DNA of 64,000 bases, taken from assembly GCA_963788655.1 (NCBI GenBank), contig CAWBHS010000090.1, forward strand, positions 1 to 64,000, given 5' to 3'. The notes under the pieces were generated by a model. The model saw only the letters and a program-made list of their open reading frames with translations. It made no database searches and was not told where the DNA came from. Every line of letters starts with the position of its first letter. Position 1 is the stretch's first letter. Made by a program: the position numbers and the translations under genes. This DNA is from an uncultured Verrucomicrobiae bacterium. Its GTDB lineage: Bacteria > Verrucomicrobiota > Verrucomicrobiia > Limisphaerales > JAFGQR01. Below, in pieces: positions 1 to 12,056 of this stretch.

Positions 1-201
1 TCCTCTTCGACCTGGGCGTCCACGATGAGGGCGAGCTGGACCCGCGCGGTTCCTCCGCCGCGAGATCGCCGGCGCCCACTGGGTGCCGCCGGCGTCCGCC
101 GGCGAGCACGTCGCCCGTACACGGCGCGGATGCTCAAGGTCGTCGCCGGTGCGTGGACCGGCGGCACCCTCTACCTGGAGAACAGCGAGCCGGTCGGCTG
201 A
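1..201 (+). CDS. C-terminal fragment of a probable NUDIX-family hydrolase (frameshifted, runs off the window start)
   Basis: Manual translation gives LFDLGVHDEGEL...REIAGAHWV...GGTLYLENSEPVG*, resembling C-termini of actinobacterial NUDIX proteins; the Nudix box is not in the window. Confidence 0.3.
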   Translation, partial: SSSTWASTMRASWTRAVPPPRDRRRPLGAAGVRRRARRPYTARMLKVVAGAWTGGTLYLENSEPVG

Positions 202-361
202 AGCTGCGGTGTGCCGGCAGCGGCTTCTGCGCCGTGACGGGAGGGCGCAACACGCCCAGACACCGACGCGCACGACGCGGTGAGCACGCGTCTGACCTGC
301 GGCGACATCGGCCCAGTAGTCGATCCGGCCATACGTCCACCCCCGGCCCGCCACTACGGTC

Positions 362-3300
362 GTGAACCGTGTTGCGACGACAGGACCGACGACGACCACC
401 GCTCCCGTGCGCGTCCCGGCCGGTCGGGTGCTCCTCGTGTCGTGCTTCGGCGCCTTCCTCGCCTTCCTCGACGCGACCATCGTCAACGTCGCCTTCCCGT
501 CGATCCGGGAGTCCTTCCCGACGGTGTCGATCGGCGGGCTCTCCTGGGTGCTCAACGCCTACAACATCGTCTTCGCGGCGTTCCTCATCGTCTTCGGGCG
601 GCTCACCGACCTCGTCGGCCGGCGCCGGTCGTTCGTCGGCGGGGTGGCGGTGTTCACGCTGGGCTCGGTGCTCTGCGGTGCGGCGCCGTCGGTGGAGATG
701 CTCGTCGTCTTCCGCGTCGTCCAGGCCCTCGGTGCGGCGGCCCTGGTGCCGGCGTCCCTCGCGCTCGTCATCGCCGCGTTCCCGGGCGAACGGCGCGCCC
801 ACGCCATCGGCTCTGGGGCGCCTCGGCGGCCGTCGCCGCCGGGCTCGGGCCGCCCATCGGCGGTGCCCTGACCGAGCTGGGCGGCTGGCGCTGGGCCTTC
901 CTCGTCAACCTGCCCTTCAGCGTCGCGGCCCTGTGGTCGGCCCGCAGCCAGCTGGTCGAGAGCCGGGCCCCGGGGCGCCGGACCCTGCCCGACCTGGTCG
1001 GCGCGGCGACCCTCGCGGCGTCGCTGGCACTGTCAACCTCGGCATCATCAAGGGCCCCGACTGGGGATGGACGAGCCCGCAGACGCTCCTCAGCCTGGGG
1101 GGCGCCGCCGCGATCTTCGCCGGCTCCGTCGTCAGCTCGCGACGGCACCGGTCGCCGCTCGTCGACCCCACCCTGCTGCGGCTGCCGTCCTTTGACGTCG
1201 GGTCGCTCGCCACCGTCGTCGCGGGCTTCGGCTTCTACGCCTACCTGCTCACCAACATCCTCTGGCTCCAGTACGTCTGGGGGTACGACGTGCTGCGCGC
1301 GGGCCTGGCCCTGGTGCCGGGGGCCGTGGTCGCCGCGATCGGGGCGTCCCGCCTGGGGCCGCTCGCCGAGCGGCACGGGTACCGGTGGTTCGTCGTGCCC
1401 GGTGCCCTCGTCTGGGCCTCGGCCTACCTCTGGTACCACCAGCAGGTGGGGCTGGAGCCCGCGTTCTGGGCCGAGTGGATGCCGGGGCAGGTGCTCAGCG
1501 GGATCGGGGTCGGCGCCACCCTGCCACTGCTCGGGGAGCGCGTCCCTGGCGGCCGTGCCGGGCGGCCGCTACGCCACCGCGTCGGCGATCAGCTCCAGCG
1601 CGCGCGCACTCGGCGGCGTGCTCGGCATCGCCGTCCTCGTCGTCGTCCTCGGGGGCCCGACCCGCAGACCGCCGTGGCCGCCTTCCGCGACGGCTGGGTG
1701 CTCTCGATCGTGGCCTTCCTCGTCGTCGCCGCCGCCGCGCTGCCGCTGGGCCGGATCCACGCGTCGACGGAGACCGAGGGCGACGGGGACACCCACCCAC
1801 CGCACGTGCACGCCCCCGACCCGCCCCCGGAGTGGGCGCCCGGCCTCGCGGTCGCGGCGACGTCCACCGACCTCGGCGGGGTCCCGCTCGTGGCGGCGCT
1901 GCCCGCCGAGGCGCGCCGTCGGCTCGAGGACGACTCGCGGCTGGTCGACGTGCCGGCCGGCGCGGACCTGGTGCGCGAGGGCGACCGGCCGGCTCGGCGT
2001 TCGTGGTCCGTCGCGGCCGGCTCGAGGTGTTCGTCGGCGACCGGCGCGTCCGCGAGGTCGGCCGGGCGCCGTCATCGGGGAGCTGGCGCTGCTCACCGGC
2101 GAGCCCCGGTCGGCCACCGTCCGCGCCCGCCGCGACGCCACCGTCCTCGAGCTGACCCGCGCGTCGTTCGACTCCGTGCTGGACACCGACGCCCGGGCCT
2201 CCCGGTTCGTCCTCACCCAGGTCGCCGAGCAGCTGCGCACCGCGGCGCCGCCGTCGTCCGCCCCGCCGCCGGAGCGGCCGTCGGTCGTGTCCGTGGTGGG
2301 GGTCCACCTGGTGCACCGGTCGAGGAGGTGGCTCGGGCGCTGACGGCCCGGATGGGGGTCCACCTCGACGTGGTCGACCCGGGACGGGTCGACCCGGACG
2401 GCCTGGCGCGGGCGGAGGTCGACCACGACCGGGTCGTGCTCGTCGCCGGACGCGGAACCGAGGGCAACGGCTCCGGGCCCGATGACGGCGCGTGGCGCGA
2501 GTTCTGCCTGCGGCAGGCCGACACCGTCGTGTTCGTCGCCCGGTCCAACGCCGAGGTGCCCTCGGGCCTCGCCGGCAACGGCCGCAGGCCGGAGGTCGTG
2601 CTCGTCGGGCCCGCGCCGTTGCCGGACCGTCGCGTCGCGTGGGGCACGGCGGCCGACGCGTGGCAGCTCACCCTCGTCGACGGCGACGTGGCGGTCGGGG
2701 TCCGCGCCCTCGCCGACCGCCTCGCCGGTCGTTCCCTCGGCGTCGTGCTCGCCGGCGGCGCGGCCCGTTCGTTCGCCGCGATCGGGGTGCTGCGCGAGCT
2801 GGAGGACGCCGGCCTGCGGATCGACCGGGTGGCGGGCACGAGCATGGGGGCGGTCATCGCCGCCGGGTACGCGGTGGGCAACGACGGCGACGCGTTCGAG
2901 GACCTCTGCTACTCGGAGTTCGTCCGCCGGAACCCGCTGTTCGACTGGGAGACCTCGCCGGTGAGAGCGCTGGCCAAAGGCGAGCAGGGTGATCGGCGCG
3001 CTGCGTCGCGGCCTCGGTGCCGACACCGTCTTCGAGGGCCTGCCGCGCCGGCTGCGGGTCGTCAGCGTCGACCTCACGAACCGCGAGCGACAGGTGCACG
3101 AGCGCGGTGGCCTCGTCGACGCCGTCGTGGCCTCGTGCCGCCTCCCCGTGCTCTGGCCCCCGGCGCCCAAGGACGACGGGCGCCTGCTCGTCGACGGGAG
3201 CGTCCACACAACCTCCCCGCCGACCTGCTCGTCGAGCGCGACGAGGGGCCGGTCGTGGCCGTGCAGATCGGCACGGGGGTCTCGGGCGTCCACCGGCCGG

Positions 3301-3609
3301 GGCGGCCGCGGGCGCCGAGCCTCGGCGAGACGCTGATGCGCACGATGACGCTGGGCAGCGGCGGCGCGGTGGACGTGGCCCGCCGGTGCGGCGCCTGGGT
3401 GGTGGCGCTGTCGTCGGCCGGCACCGGGCTGCTCGAGTTCCACCAGTTCGACCGGATGGTGGCAGCGGGTCGTGAGGCGGCCCGGGCCCTGCTCGAGCAG
3501 GCCGGCGGCGACCTCGGGTACCGGCTGCCACGGCGGGTGGCGACGCGGCGTCACCGGGGGTGGTGCGGTCGACGAGGCGGCGGTCGGCGACGCCCCGGCA
3601 CGCCGGTAG
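362..3609 (+). CDS. DHA2-type MFS transporter fused to a cyclic-nucleotide-binding domain and a patatin-like phospholipase (several frameshifts)
   Basis: Stitched ORFs 362..871, 280..2343, 369..4694 and 2989..3336: [11 protein letters not shown] and [11 protein letters not shown] (MFS); [21 protein letters not shown] (cNMP); [18 protein letters not shown] and LLVDG (patatin); TAG at 3607-3609. Confidence 0.85.
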
Positions 3610-3612
3610 ACT
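3607..3612 (+). promoter_or_regulatory. Putative -10 hexamer (TAGACT) of a leaderless-type ychF promoter
   Basis: TAGACT lies 9 nt before the GTG start at 3622 with no Shine-Dalgarno, as is common in Actinobacteria. Confidence 0.4.
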
Positions 3613-3621
3613 CTCGGCCCC

Positions 3622-4694
3622 GTGGCACTCACCATCGGAATCGTCGGACTGCCCAACGTCGGCAAGTCCACCATGTTCAACGCCCTGACCAGAACACCGT
3701 CCTCGCGGCGAACTACCCGTTCGCGACGATCGAGCCCAACATCGGTGTCGTCCCCTCCCGACGCGCGGCTGGAGCGGCTCGCCGAGATCTTCGGCTCGGA
3801 GAAGGTCATCCCGGCCACGGTCTCCTTCGTGGACATCGCCGGCATCGTCGCGGGCGCGTCCGAGGGGGAGGGCCTGGGCAACAAGTTCCTCGCCAACATC
3901 CGCGAGGCCGACGCCATCTGCCAGGTGGTCCGGGCCTTCGAGGACCCGGACGTCGTCCACGTCGACGGCGCGGTCTCGCCCGAGTCCGACATCGAGACCA
4001 TCGACACCGAGCTGATCCTCGCCGACCTGCAGACCCTCGAGAAGGCGATCCCCCGCCTCGAGAAGGAGGTCAAGGGCAAGAAGACCGACAAGGCCAAGCT
4101 CGCACCGCCCCGCCGGCGAGACGATGCTCGGCGGAGGGCAGCACGCTCTCGCCGCCGGCGCGGCGGCCGGGGTCGACAGGGGCTGGCGCAGCTCGGCCTG
4201 CTCACGGCCAAGCCGTTCATCTACGTCTTCAACCTCGACGAGGACGAGCTCACCGACGAGCGACCTGCACGCCCGCCTGCGCGCGCTCGTCGCCCCCGCC
4301 GACGCCGTGTTCCTCGACGCCAAGCTCGAGGCGGAGCTCATGGAGCTGGAGCCGGAGGAGGCGCTGGAGATGCTGCATGGCTCGGGCCGAGAGCCGGGCT
4401 CGACAAGCTGGCCCGCACGGGTTCCACACCCTCGGGCTGCAGACCTACCTCACCGCCGGGCCCAAGGAGTCACGGGCCTGGACCATCCGCCAGGGCGCGA
4501 CCGCCCCGCAGGCCGCGGGCGTCATCCACACCGACTTCCAGCGCGGCTTCATCAAGGCCGAGGTGGTCTCGTTCGACGACCTCGACGCCGCCGGGCTCCA
4601 TGGCCGAGGCCAAGGCGGCCGGCGGGTCCGGATCGAGGGCAAGGACTACGTCATGCGCGACGGCGACGTGGTGGAGTTCCGCTTCAACGTCTGA
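3622..4694 (+). CDS. ychF: Redox-regulated ATPase YchF (frameshifted)
   Basis: [52 protein letters not shown] and C-terminal [19 protein letters not shown]. Confidence 0.95.
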
Positions 4695-4933
4695 GTCGAC
4701 GCGTTTCCGCAGGTCAGAAGGGGTGCGACCCATCGCAGTCCGCACTGAGTCCGCAAGAAGTTCAGCGTAAGGGGTTGGAACTGCCGGTCTTGAGGCGCCA
4801 TCTCGAGGCCTCGCATCGACCAGTTGATCGGCCGATGAGGTAGCCCCCCTTGGCGGCGATGTGGGGCACATCGCTGCGCGCGGCTCCCGACGTTCCGCTG
4901 CCGTCCAGACCGGGGACCTTTAGCCTTCGCCCC

Positions 4934-5187
4934 ATGGAGGACGTTGGGGTCAGCTTCTATATCAACTGGCTGAGCGTGCCGTTCTTCTTCGTCCCGGCGT
5001 TGGCCATCGCGCTCTACGGTGCGCATGTGTCCGGCGGCTTCATGCGGCCTGGATCAGCCTGAAGCCCGTGTGGTGGTTCCTGCTGTTGTTCCTGGCGCCT
5101 CCGCTCGGCTACCTCCTGCTCGCCGTGAACCTGTTCGCCCACAGTGGCACACCGGGCGCCATCACTGGGCGAACCGCGGCCGAGTAA
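4934..5187 (+). CDS. Small hypothetical membrane protein (one frameshift)
   Basis: MEDVGVSFYINWLSVPFFFVPALAIALY... continues in another frame as LKPVWWFLLLFLAPPLGYLLLAVNLF; TAGCCT -10-like hexamer just upstream of the ATG. Confidence 0.45.
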
Positions 5188-5399
5188 GCATCCACACGCG
5201 TGTCGTAGACCCGGGTCGTCAGGCGGCGGAGTGGGGCACATCCGAAGCGGCATGGCGATGGATTCGCTCGGGCCCTCGTTTGCATGAAGCCCGATCGGCC
5301 CCGCATCCTTTGGCTTCGTCGACGGGACGGGCCTCCGGCTGTCACAGTGATCACCTCCCGGTGGCGATGGAGCCGCCGCGTCCTGGGGAGGAGCTCGAT

Positions 5400-6113
5400 G
5401 TGCGGTCTGTGGGCTGGGGGGCACTCGCCATCGCCACCGTCCTTCTGGGCGCCTGTACCACGGGGTCGGGCACGCTTGACGCTTTCGCGAGCGGGGCGCA
5501 GGTGGCGGCAGTACTCGACCCTACGACTCCCTCGATGACCTGCTCGGCAACGTCGAGTACCAGTGGAGCGCCGGCCAACCGCAACCGCTGACGGTCGCGG
5601 TTGTTATCGGCCGCTTCGAGTCGGCCGGACCCGGAGCATCCTTCACCGTCGCCGGCGCGGACGCGCCGGGAGGCAGGACCGAGGACTTTGACGCCCCCGG
5701 GGCGACGTGGAAGACGGTCGAGGCCACGTTCGTCGTAGACCAGGTGATCAGCGGCACCCTCGACCGCGCCGACCACGTCGAGGTCGGCCTCGCGTTCGGT
5801 CCCACATCGACCCGGCAGCGGTCGAGGACGACCTGCGCCGGCTGGGGCGGACCGTGCTGTTCCTCGACGAGTCACCCGTCTTCGCCTACAACCCGCAGCT
5901 GTACGGCACCGTGGCCGACGGCACCCTGCTGGCCACGGTCGCCGACGACGGCACCCTGGCGTTGCCAGCGCTGGACACAGATCAGGCAGCTCGCTGCTTC
6001 GCGCGACACCAACGCTGACCGCGCTGACCACAGCGGCATCCGGACCCCGTCGCACCGTCACCCTCGATCCGTCCGGAGCCGAAGTGATCAGCGAGACCAC
6101 CGACGCGGAGTGA
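5400..6113 (+). CDS. Hypothetical lipoprotein (frameshifted)
   Basis: GGAGGAG RBS, signal peptide with lipobox LLGA-C; GC3-rich coding continues in pieces (TVAVVIGRF..., LGRTVLFLDESPVFAY...) to TGA at 6111-6113. Confidence 0.5.
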
Positions 6114-6208
6114 CGCCCGCGACCGGAGCCCGACACGCGGCGCTATGCGGCACATCTCGACTGCGCCGGTCCCGGAGATTGCCGATGCTCGTTGACCTCA
6201 GCGAGCGC

Positions 6209-6860
6209 ATGGAAGGGGTCGTGCTCGTGGCTGCACAAGCGTGGGTTGCACTGACCTCTCGGTTCACGCCGGGCTGGCCTTGGCCGGATCATGGGGGCTT
6301 GACCGCTGTACGGCCCCGACGGGTGGTGCCACGCCTGCGGGACCCCGCTGCACGAGCAGACAGGCTCCCTGGTCCTGCAGTCCAGGAAGTTCCCCACCAG
6401 TCCGGTGTGGGTGCCGAACTGGCAGTTCAACTGCGTCGGGGTCAGCCCCGAGATCGCAGCCGAAGCCGCGCAGCGATTTGACGTTCCGATGCGAGAGGTG
6501 CTCAAGCCCAGGGGTGTGGCCACGGGAGCCATGAGCTATTCCCCGCGGTGTGCGCGACCCCCTGGTACGAGGCGGGGCGCCTCGAAGCCGCGGTGCACGA
6601 CCAGCACCAGCAGGACGACGGTGAACGGGTCGGCGCCACCTGCCCCGAGTGTCAGCAATCGCGACGGTTCCCATTTCCGAGGGGGAGGTCCCGATCAAGG
6701 GCGACTCGCTGGACCATTCCGGGGTCCTGCCGGCCTCCCCCGAGATCTTCGGTGCCGGATCCGGACCTTCCGGCACCTCGTGTTTCGACGTCCGCTCGGC
6801 GAGTTCCTAGCCGCCGCAGCGCCTCGGATGTGGAGCGTGGTGGAACTCGAACTCGCCTGA
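6209..6860 (+). CDS. Hypothetical protein with two CxxC motifs (frameshifted)
   Basis: Stitched frames: GWCHACGTPLHEQTGSLVL...WVPNWQF...GATCPECQ...FRHLVFRRPLGEFL. Confidence 0.45.
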
Positions 6861-7138
6861 CGACCAGCCTGCAAGACGGAAATCGGTGAGTCGACTGGCG
6901 GCGATGGGACGCGTCTCCGAAGGGCCCGGATCGACAGCTCCGGGCGTTCACCTATCTGCCTTCCGGTGCATGCCCATGAAGTCGGATGTCAGTCGCAGGT
7001 GGCATCAGACGGCGCCGTCGAGGGCGTTCGGTAGTTGGGCGGGCGTACGCCTGGTGCTTCGCTGGTGGCCTGCCGTTCGTGATTGCGGTGGGGGGCGGCC
7101 GCGACTATGCTGGGCGCACCAGGATGGGAGCAGTCGGC

Positions 7139-7932
7139 ATGAGCCCCAGCAAGCAGATCGGCCCGGAGTTCCAGGCGTTCGACTTCACGCACGGCCGGCG
7201 CACCTATGAGGTGTTCCGGGTGGTTCGGGGCCGGCGGTTCTCGTGCTCCACGAGATCCCCGGCCTGCATCCGGGCGTCATCGATTTCGCCCGGCGGCTGA
7301 TCGCCGAGGGGTACACCGTGTATCTGCCGTCGCTGTTCGGGCGGCCCGCAGCCCCGGCGAAGGGCCGCGAGATCGGGCGATCGGCCGTGCGGGTCTGCGT
7401 GGCGCGTGAGTTCACCAAGCTGGCGGACCGTACGAGTCCCGTGGTCGGGTGGCTGCGGGCACTCGCGGCGTCGGCCTACCGTGAGTGTGGCGGGCCGGGG
7501 GTCGGCGTGGTCGGGATGTGCTTCACCGGGGGTTTCGCGCTGGCGACGGCGCTGGAGCCGTCGGTCGTCGCGTCCGTCATGAGCCAACCGGCCATGCCCG
7601 CGCCGATCGGGAAGCATGGCCGTGCCGCCCTGGGCCTGGATGCCCAGGACCTCGCCACGATCAGGGCACGGGCGAATGACGACCTGCGGGTGCTCGGGCT
7701 GCGATTCACCAACGACAGGGGTTGCCCGCCGGAGCGGTTCGAGACCCTGCGGACCACGCTCGGAACAGCCTTCGAGGGGATCGAGATCGACTCGTCGCCG
7801 GGCAACGCGGCTGGCATCGAGCCCTCGGCGCACTCGGTACTCACGGTCTCCCTGGTCGACGAGCCAGGGCATCCGACCCGGGTCGCCCTCGACCGGGTCC
7901 TGGCGTTCCTGGCCGAGCGGCTGCGCCCTTGA
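7139..7932 (+). CDS. Dienelactone hydrolase family protein (frameshift near 7225)
   Basis: VLHEIPG, GYTVYLPSLFG, nucleophile motif GMCFTGG and AHSVLT. Confidence 0.9.
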
Positions 7933-8031
7933 ACGCCGTCGCGGCGTGAGAGCGAATCCAAGCCGGGCGGGATCCAGTGACCGATTCCATGATGGTTTAC
8001 TGCCGGGACTTCGAGTTCCGTGCCCGGGCCA

Positions 8032-8392
8032 TCAGTCATCCTCCGGCATCACCTGGGTGTCTTCAGTCTCGTAGGTGATGCGGAACACCGGGTAGTTGTC
8101 GGCGATTGCCTCGATGTCTTCGGTCGACGGCTCAGGGTCGAGACCGAAGTAGAAGCCTGCTTGGTCCGCATTGGCTTCCGCGCCGCTGCGTCGTTGGCCA
8201 GCCTGCAGGTACTCCGCGATGATCTCCGCGCGCTCGGTCGACGCAAGTCTCCTCGAGGTGGACCTGTCGGGCTCCGCGACGGCGGACCACCGCCTGGCCG
8301 CGTGCTGCTCGGACATTCCTGACCCACTGCGACTCCCCGGCGAGAGCGACGAGGTAGTCATCGCCCCGGTAGCGAGTCCGAAGAATCGGCAT
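8032..8392 (-). pseudogene. 3' portion of a deazaflavin (F420)-dependent nitroreductase-family protein, cut at the junction
   Basis: PILRTRYRGDDYLVALAGESQWVRNVRAARG...VHLEE, then ERAEIIAEYL...YPVFRI; WVRNVRA and YPVF are typical of this family; N-terminus absent. Confidence 0.75.
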
Positions 8393-10075
8393 TACTTGAT
8401 CGCGGGTGATCTCCTCGATGCGCCAAGTGCTGGCGCCGAGCATGATGTTGTCGCCGGGTTTGCTCTCGAACACCATTTCTTCGTCCAGTTCCCCGACCCG
8501 CGGCCCGCCGGCGCCGAGAAACACGCCGTAGTTGCCGCGATCGGGAATGGTCCCGGCGTTGAGCCGCGACACGATGGCGGCACCGCGGCGGGCGCTCAGC
8601 ACGTCGGCGCTGCGGTCCCAGGCCAGCAAGGGCCGCAGGTCGGCAAAGTCCGAGGACGGGTAATGTCCGGAAAGCATATCCAGCACCGAAGTGAACACGG
8701 CATCGCCCAATTGCCGGTACGGATGGGCGCGGCGCACCAGCGCGGCGATGTCGCCGACGCGGCGCGGCGTATCCACGCACAGGGCAACGATCTGCTGCGC
8801 CAGCACATCTAGGGGACTGCGGGGAATGTGCAAAGCTTCCAGTTCACCGCTTTGCATGCGTGCGGCGACCACGGCACATTCCAACAGATCGCCGCGGAAC
8901 TTCGGGTAAATCCGACCGACGCTCACCGCACCGACGTGGTGGCCAGCGCGACCGACCCGCTGCAGGCCGCGGGCCACGGAACCGGGCGATTCTACCAGGA
9001 TCACCGCGTCCACCGCGCCCATGTCGATGCCCAGTTCCAACGAACTGGTGGCGACGATGCCGCGCAGGCGACCGGCCTTCAGCCCTTCTTCGATCTCGGC
9101 GCGCTTTTCGTGGGATACGCTGCCGTGATGGGCGCGCACCAGCGGCTCTGCGGCGAGTTCATTGAGATGTTGCGCCAGGCGCTCACACAAACCGCGACTG
9201 TTGACGAAAATGATGGTCGACTGATTGGCGCGGATCGCTTCCAGGAGTTGCGGATACATCGCCGGCCAGATTCCGCGCTGCATCGGTGGCGTGCCCACTT
9301 CACGTGCATACAGTTCTCCGAGAATGGAACCGCCCCGCTTCGGTTCCGGCTGCACCCGCACCCGTTCCATGTCCGGCACCGGCACCACCACTTGCAGATC
9401 CAGTTGCGGCGGCGCGCTGGCATCGACGATCTCCACGTCCCGGACTCCGCCGAGAAATCGCGCTACTTCATCAAGGGGGCGCACCGTCGCCGACAAGCCG
9501 ATGCGCTGCGGTTCGACTTCGGTCAACTCCACCAGTCGTTCCAATGACAACGCCAGATGCGCACCGCGCTTGTTGGGCGCCAGGGCGTGCACTTCGTCGA
9601 CGATCACCGTATGCACGGTTTTGAAGTTGTCCCGTGCCTTGGAGCCCAGCAACAGGAACAACGATTCCGGCGTGGTCACCAGAATTTCGGCCGGGTCCTT
9701 CGATTGTTGGTTACGTGCTTTCTGCGGCGTGTCGCCGGTGCGCACATCCACCCGCGGCAACCGCAAGTTCAATCCCAACCGTTCGGCACTGCGCTGCACG
9801 CCCATCAGCGGTGCACGCAGATTGCGATCGACGTCGTACACCAGCGCCTTCAGCGGCGAGATGTATAACACCCGCACGCCCGGCTCCGCGTCCTGCTGCA
9901 ATTGCGCCAGCCGATCGATGGCGTGCAGAAACGCGGCCAGTGTCTTGCCGCTGCCGGTGGGCGCCACCAGCAGTGCATGGGCGCCGCTGGCGATGGTCTC
10001 CCAACCGCGGTGCTGCACGTCGGTTGGCGCGGTGAAGTTGGCGTCGAACCAGGCACGGGTGGCGGCGGTGAACAT
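8393..10075 (-). pseudogene. lhr: N-terminal ~560 aa of an Lhr-family DEAH helicase, truncated at the junction
   Basis: APTGSGKT, YISPLKAL, TTPESL, DEVH, GLSAT, HHGS, ATSSLELGIDMG, QRVGRAGH, GTIPDRG; stops abruptly after WRIEEITRDQV. Confidence 0.9.
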
Positions 10076-10098
10076 GGACGCGAACGGCGTGCGGGTGC

Positions 10099-10720
10099 TC
10101 AGGCGGTCGCCGCCCGCAGCTCCGCGCGAGCCTCGCGCAGCACAGACAACGCGGAGCGAAGGAACAGTGCGGCGAGCGCCAGGCCGACGACGATGTCGGG
10201 CCAGCCGGATTGTGTTTGCCACACGCCCGCGGCCGCCACCAGCACCGAGACGTTGGCGATGATGTCATTGCGCGAGCACAACCATACCGAGCGCATGTTG
10301 ATGTCGTCGCTGCGGTGCCGCCACAGCAGCGCGAGGCAAATGCCGTTCGCCGCCAACGCCAGCAAGCCGACGGCGCCGATGGTTTCGAAGACGGGCAGCT
10401 GCGGAAATGCGATCTTGTAAACCGCCTGGCCGAGCACAAACAGAGCCGAACGCCGCCATGATGCCGCCCTTGAACAGCGCCGCGACCGCTTTCATGCGCG
10501 CGCCCCGCGCGATCACGTACAGGCTGAAACCGTACACCAGCGCATCGCCGAGCATGTCCAGGGAATCGGCCACCAGAGACACCGAGCCGGACAGCAGACC
10601 GGCACTCAGCTCCACCACGAACATCCCGGCATTGAGCGCCAGCACCCATTTCAACGTCGCGCTCTGACGCGTGCGCAGTGAGTCGAGCTCGCAGGCTTTG
10701 TCGTTGCAGCAGTTGGACAT
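10099..10720 (-). CDS. Cation diffusion facilitator family (Co/Zn/Cd) transporter, short form (one frameshift near 10440)
   Basis: VLALNAGMFVVE, SLVADSLDMLGDALVYG, DINMRSVWLCSRNDIIAN, WPDIVVG. Confidence 0.88.
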
Positions 10721-10936
10721 TCACATATGATAAATGGCCGCGCCGGCCGATACGAATCCGCCGCCATCGGCGTGCGCCGGGAGGCGGTTTTCCGTGTCGC
10801 CAGCAGGGCCATTACCGGGACAGCGCGCCGGCTCGGCGTGCCCGTTCGCAACTCGAAACGAATTCGTAACGGAACCCGCGGCGCAGCCGACTATGCTGAT
10901 TCCAATCTTTATCCGTGCGTAGCCAAGGAGTAATCG

Positions 10937-12056
10937 ATGTCAGAACATCCGGACGTTCTCTTCACATCATTCACACTAGGGGATCTGACCCTACCGAACC
11001 GCATCGTCATGTCGCCCCTGACCCGCTCCCGTGCCCAGCAGCCGGGCGACGTCCCGACGAACATGAATGCCGAATACTACCGGCAGCGGGCCGGCGCGGG
11101 ATTGATCATCGCCGAAGCAACCCAAGTCTCCCAGCAGGGCAAGGGTTATGCATTCACGCCCGGCATCCACTCGGATGCGCAGATCGAGGGATGGCGCAAG
11201 GTCACGTCCGCCGTTCATGACGCCGGCGGTCGCATTTTTCTCCAGCTTTGGCACGTCGGGCGCATCTCCCGCCCGGAGTTGCAGCCGAACGGCGAAAAAC
11301 CGGTGGCGCCGTCCCCTATCCGACCGGAAGGCGCGCAGACATTCATCAGTGCCGAATCGGGCATGGTCGACATCCTGGAACCGCGGGCGCTGTCCGCCGA
11401 TGAAATACCCGGCGTGGTCGAGCAGTTTCGCCAAGGTGCGCAGAATGCGAAACGCGCCGGTTTCGACGGTGTCGAGATCCACGGCGCCAATGGTTATCTG
11501 TTGGATCAGTTCCTGCGCAGCAAGACCAACCGGCGCGAAGACGAATATGGTGGCTCGCTGGAAAACCGGATGCGCTTTCCGCTGATGGTGGTGGATGCCG
11601 TGGTCGACGTCTGGGGCACCGAGCGCACCGGCATCCGCGTCAGCCCGACCGGCAGCTTCAACGACATGGCCGACGAAGACCCGGTGCAAACTTACGCCGC
11701 ACTGGCCGCGCGCCTGAACGAAAAGGGCATCGCGTTCATGGAAGTGGTGGAGGATTCGTTCCAGGGCAACCACGCCTCCGGCCGTCCGGAAACCGTGATT
11801 CAGCGCGATTCACGCCAATTTCAAGCGCGCCTACGTCGGAAATGGCCGCTATACCGGAGACGTGGCCCGCGAACGAATCGAAGCGGGACAATGCGATCTG
11901 GTGTCGTTCGGCCGGCCCGTACATCGCCAATCCCGACCTGGCCGAGCGTTTGCGCTGAGGGCGAGCCGTTGAACGACTGGGACGAATCGCACCTTCTACG
12001 GCGGCGACGAGCACGGCTACACGGACTATCCTACCTTGCGCGCGGCACGCTCCTGA
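10937..12056 (+). CDS. Old yellow enzyme / NemA-like alkene reductase (C-terminal frameshifts)
   Basis: NRIVMSPLTRSRA, YYRQRAGAGLIIAEAT, QLWHVGR, GFDGVEIHGANGYL, then YIANPDL and FYGGDEHGYTDYP in shifted frames; AAGGAG RBS. Confidence 0.92.

Noticed and set aside
369..4694. 1441-aa ORF apparently fusing MFS, patatin and the YchF C-terminus
   Set aside because: Artefact of frameshifts in very GC-rich, stop-poor DNA; ychF has its own start at 3622
8132..10222. Novel Lhr-nitroreductase fusion protein
   Set aside because: Both partners are truncated mid-domain at a compositional break; best explained as a chimeric join
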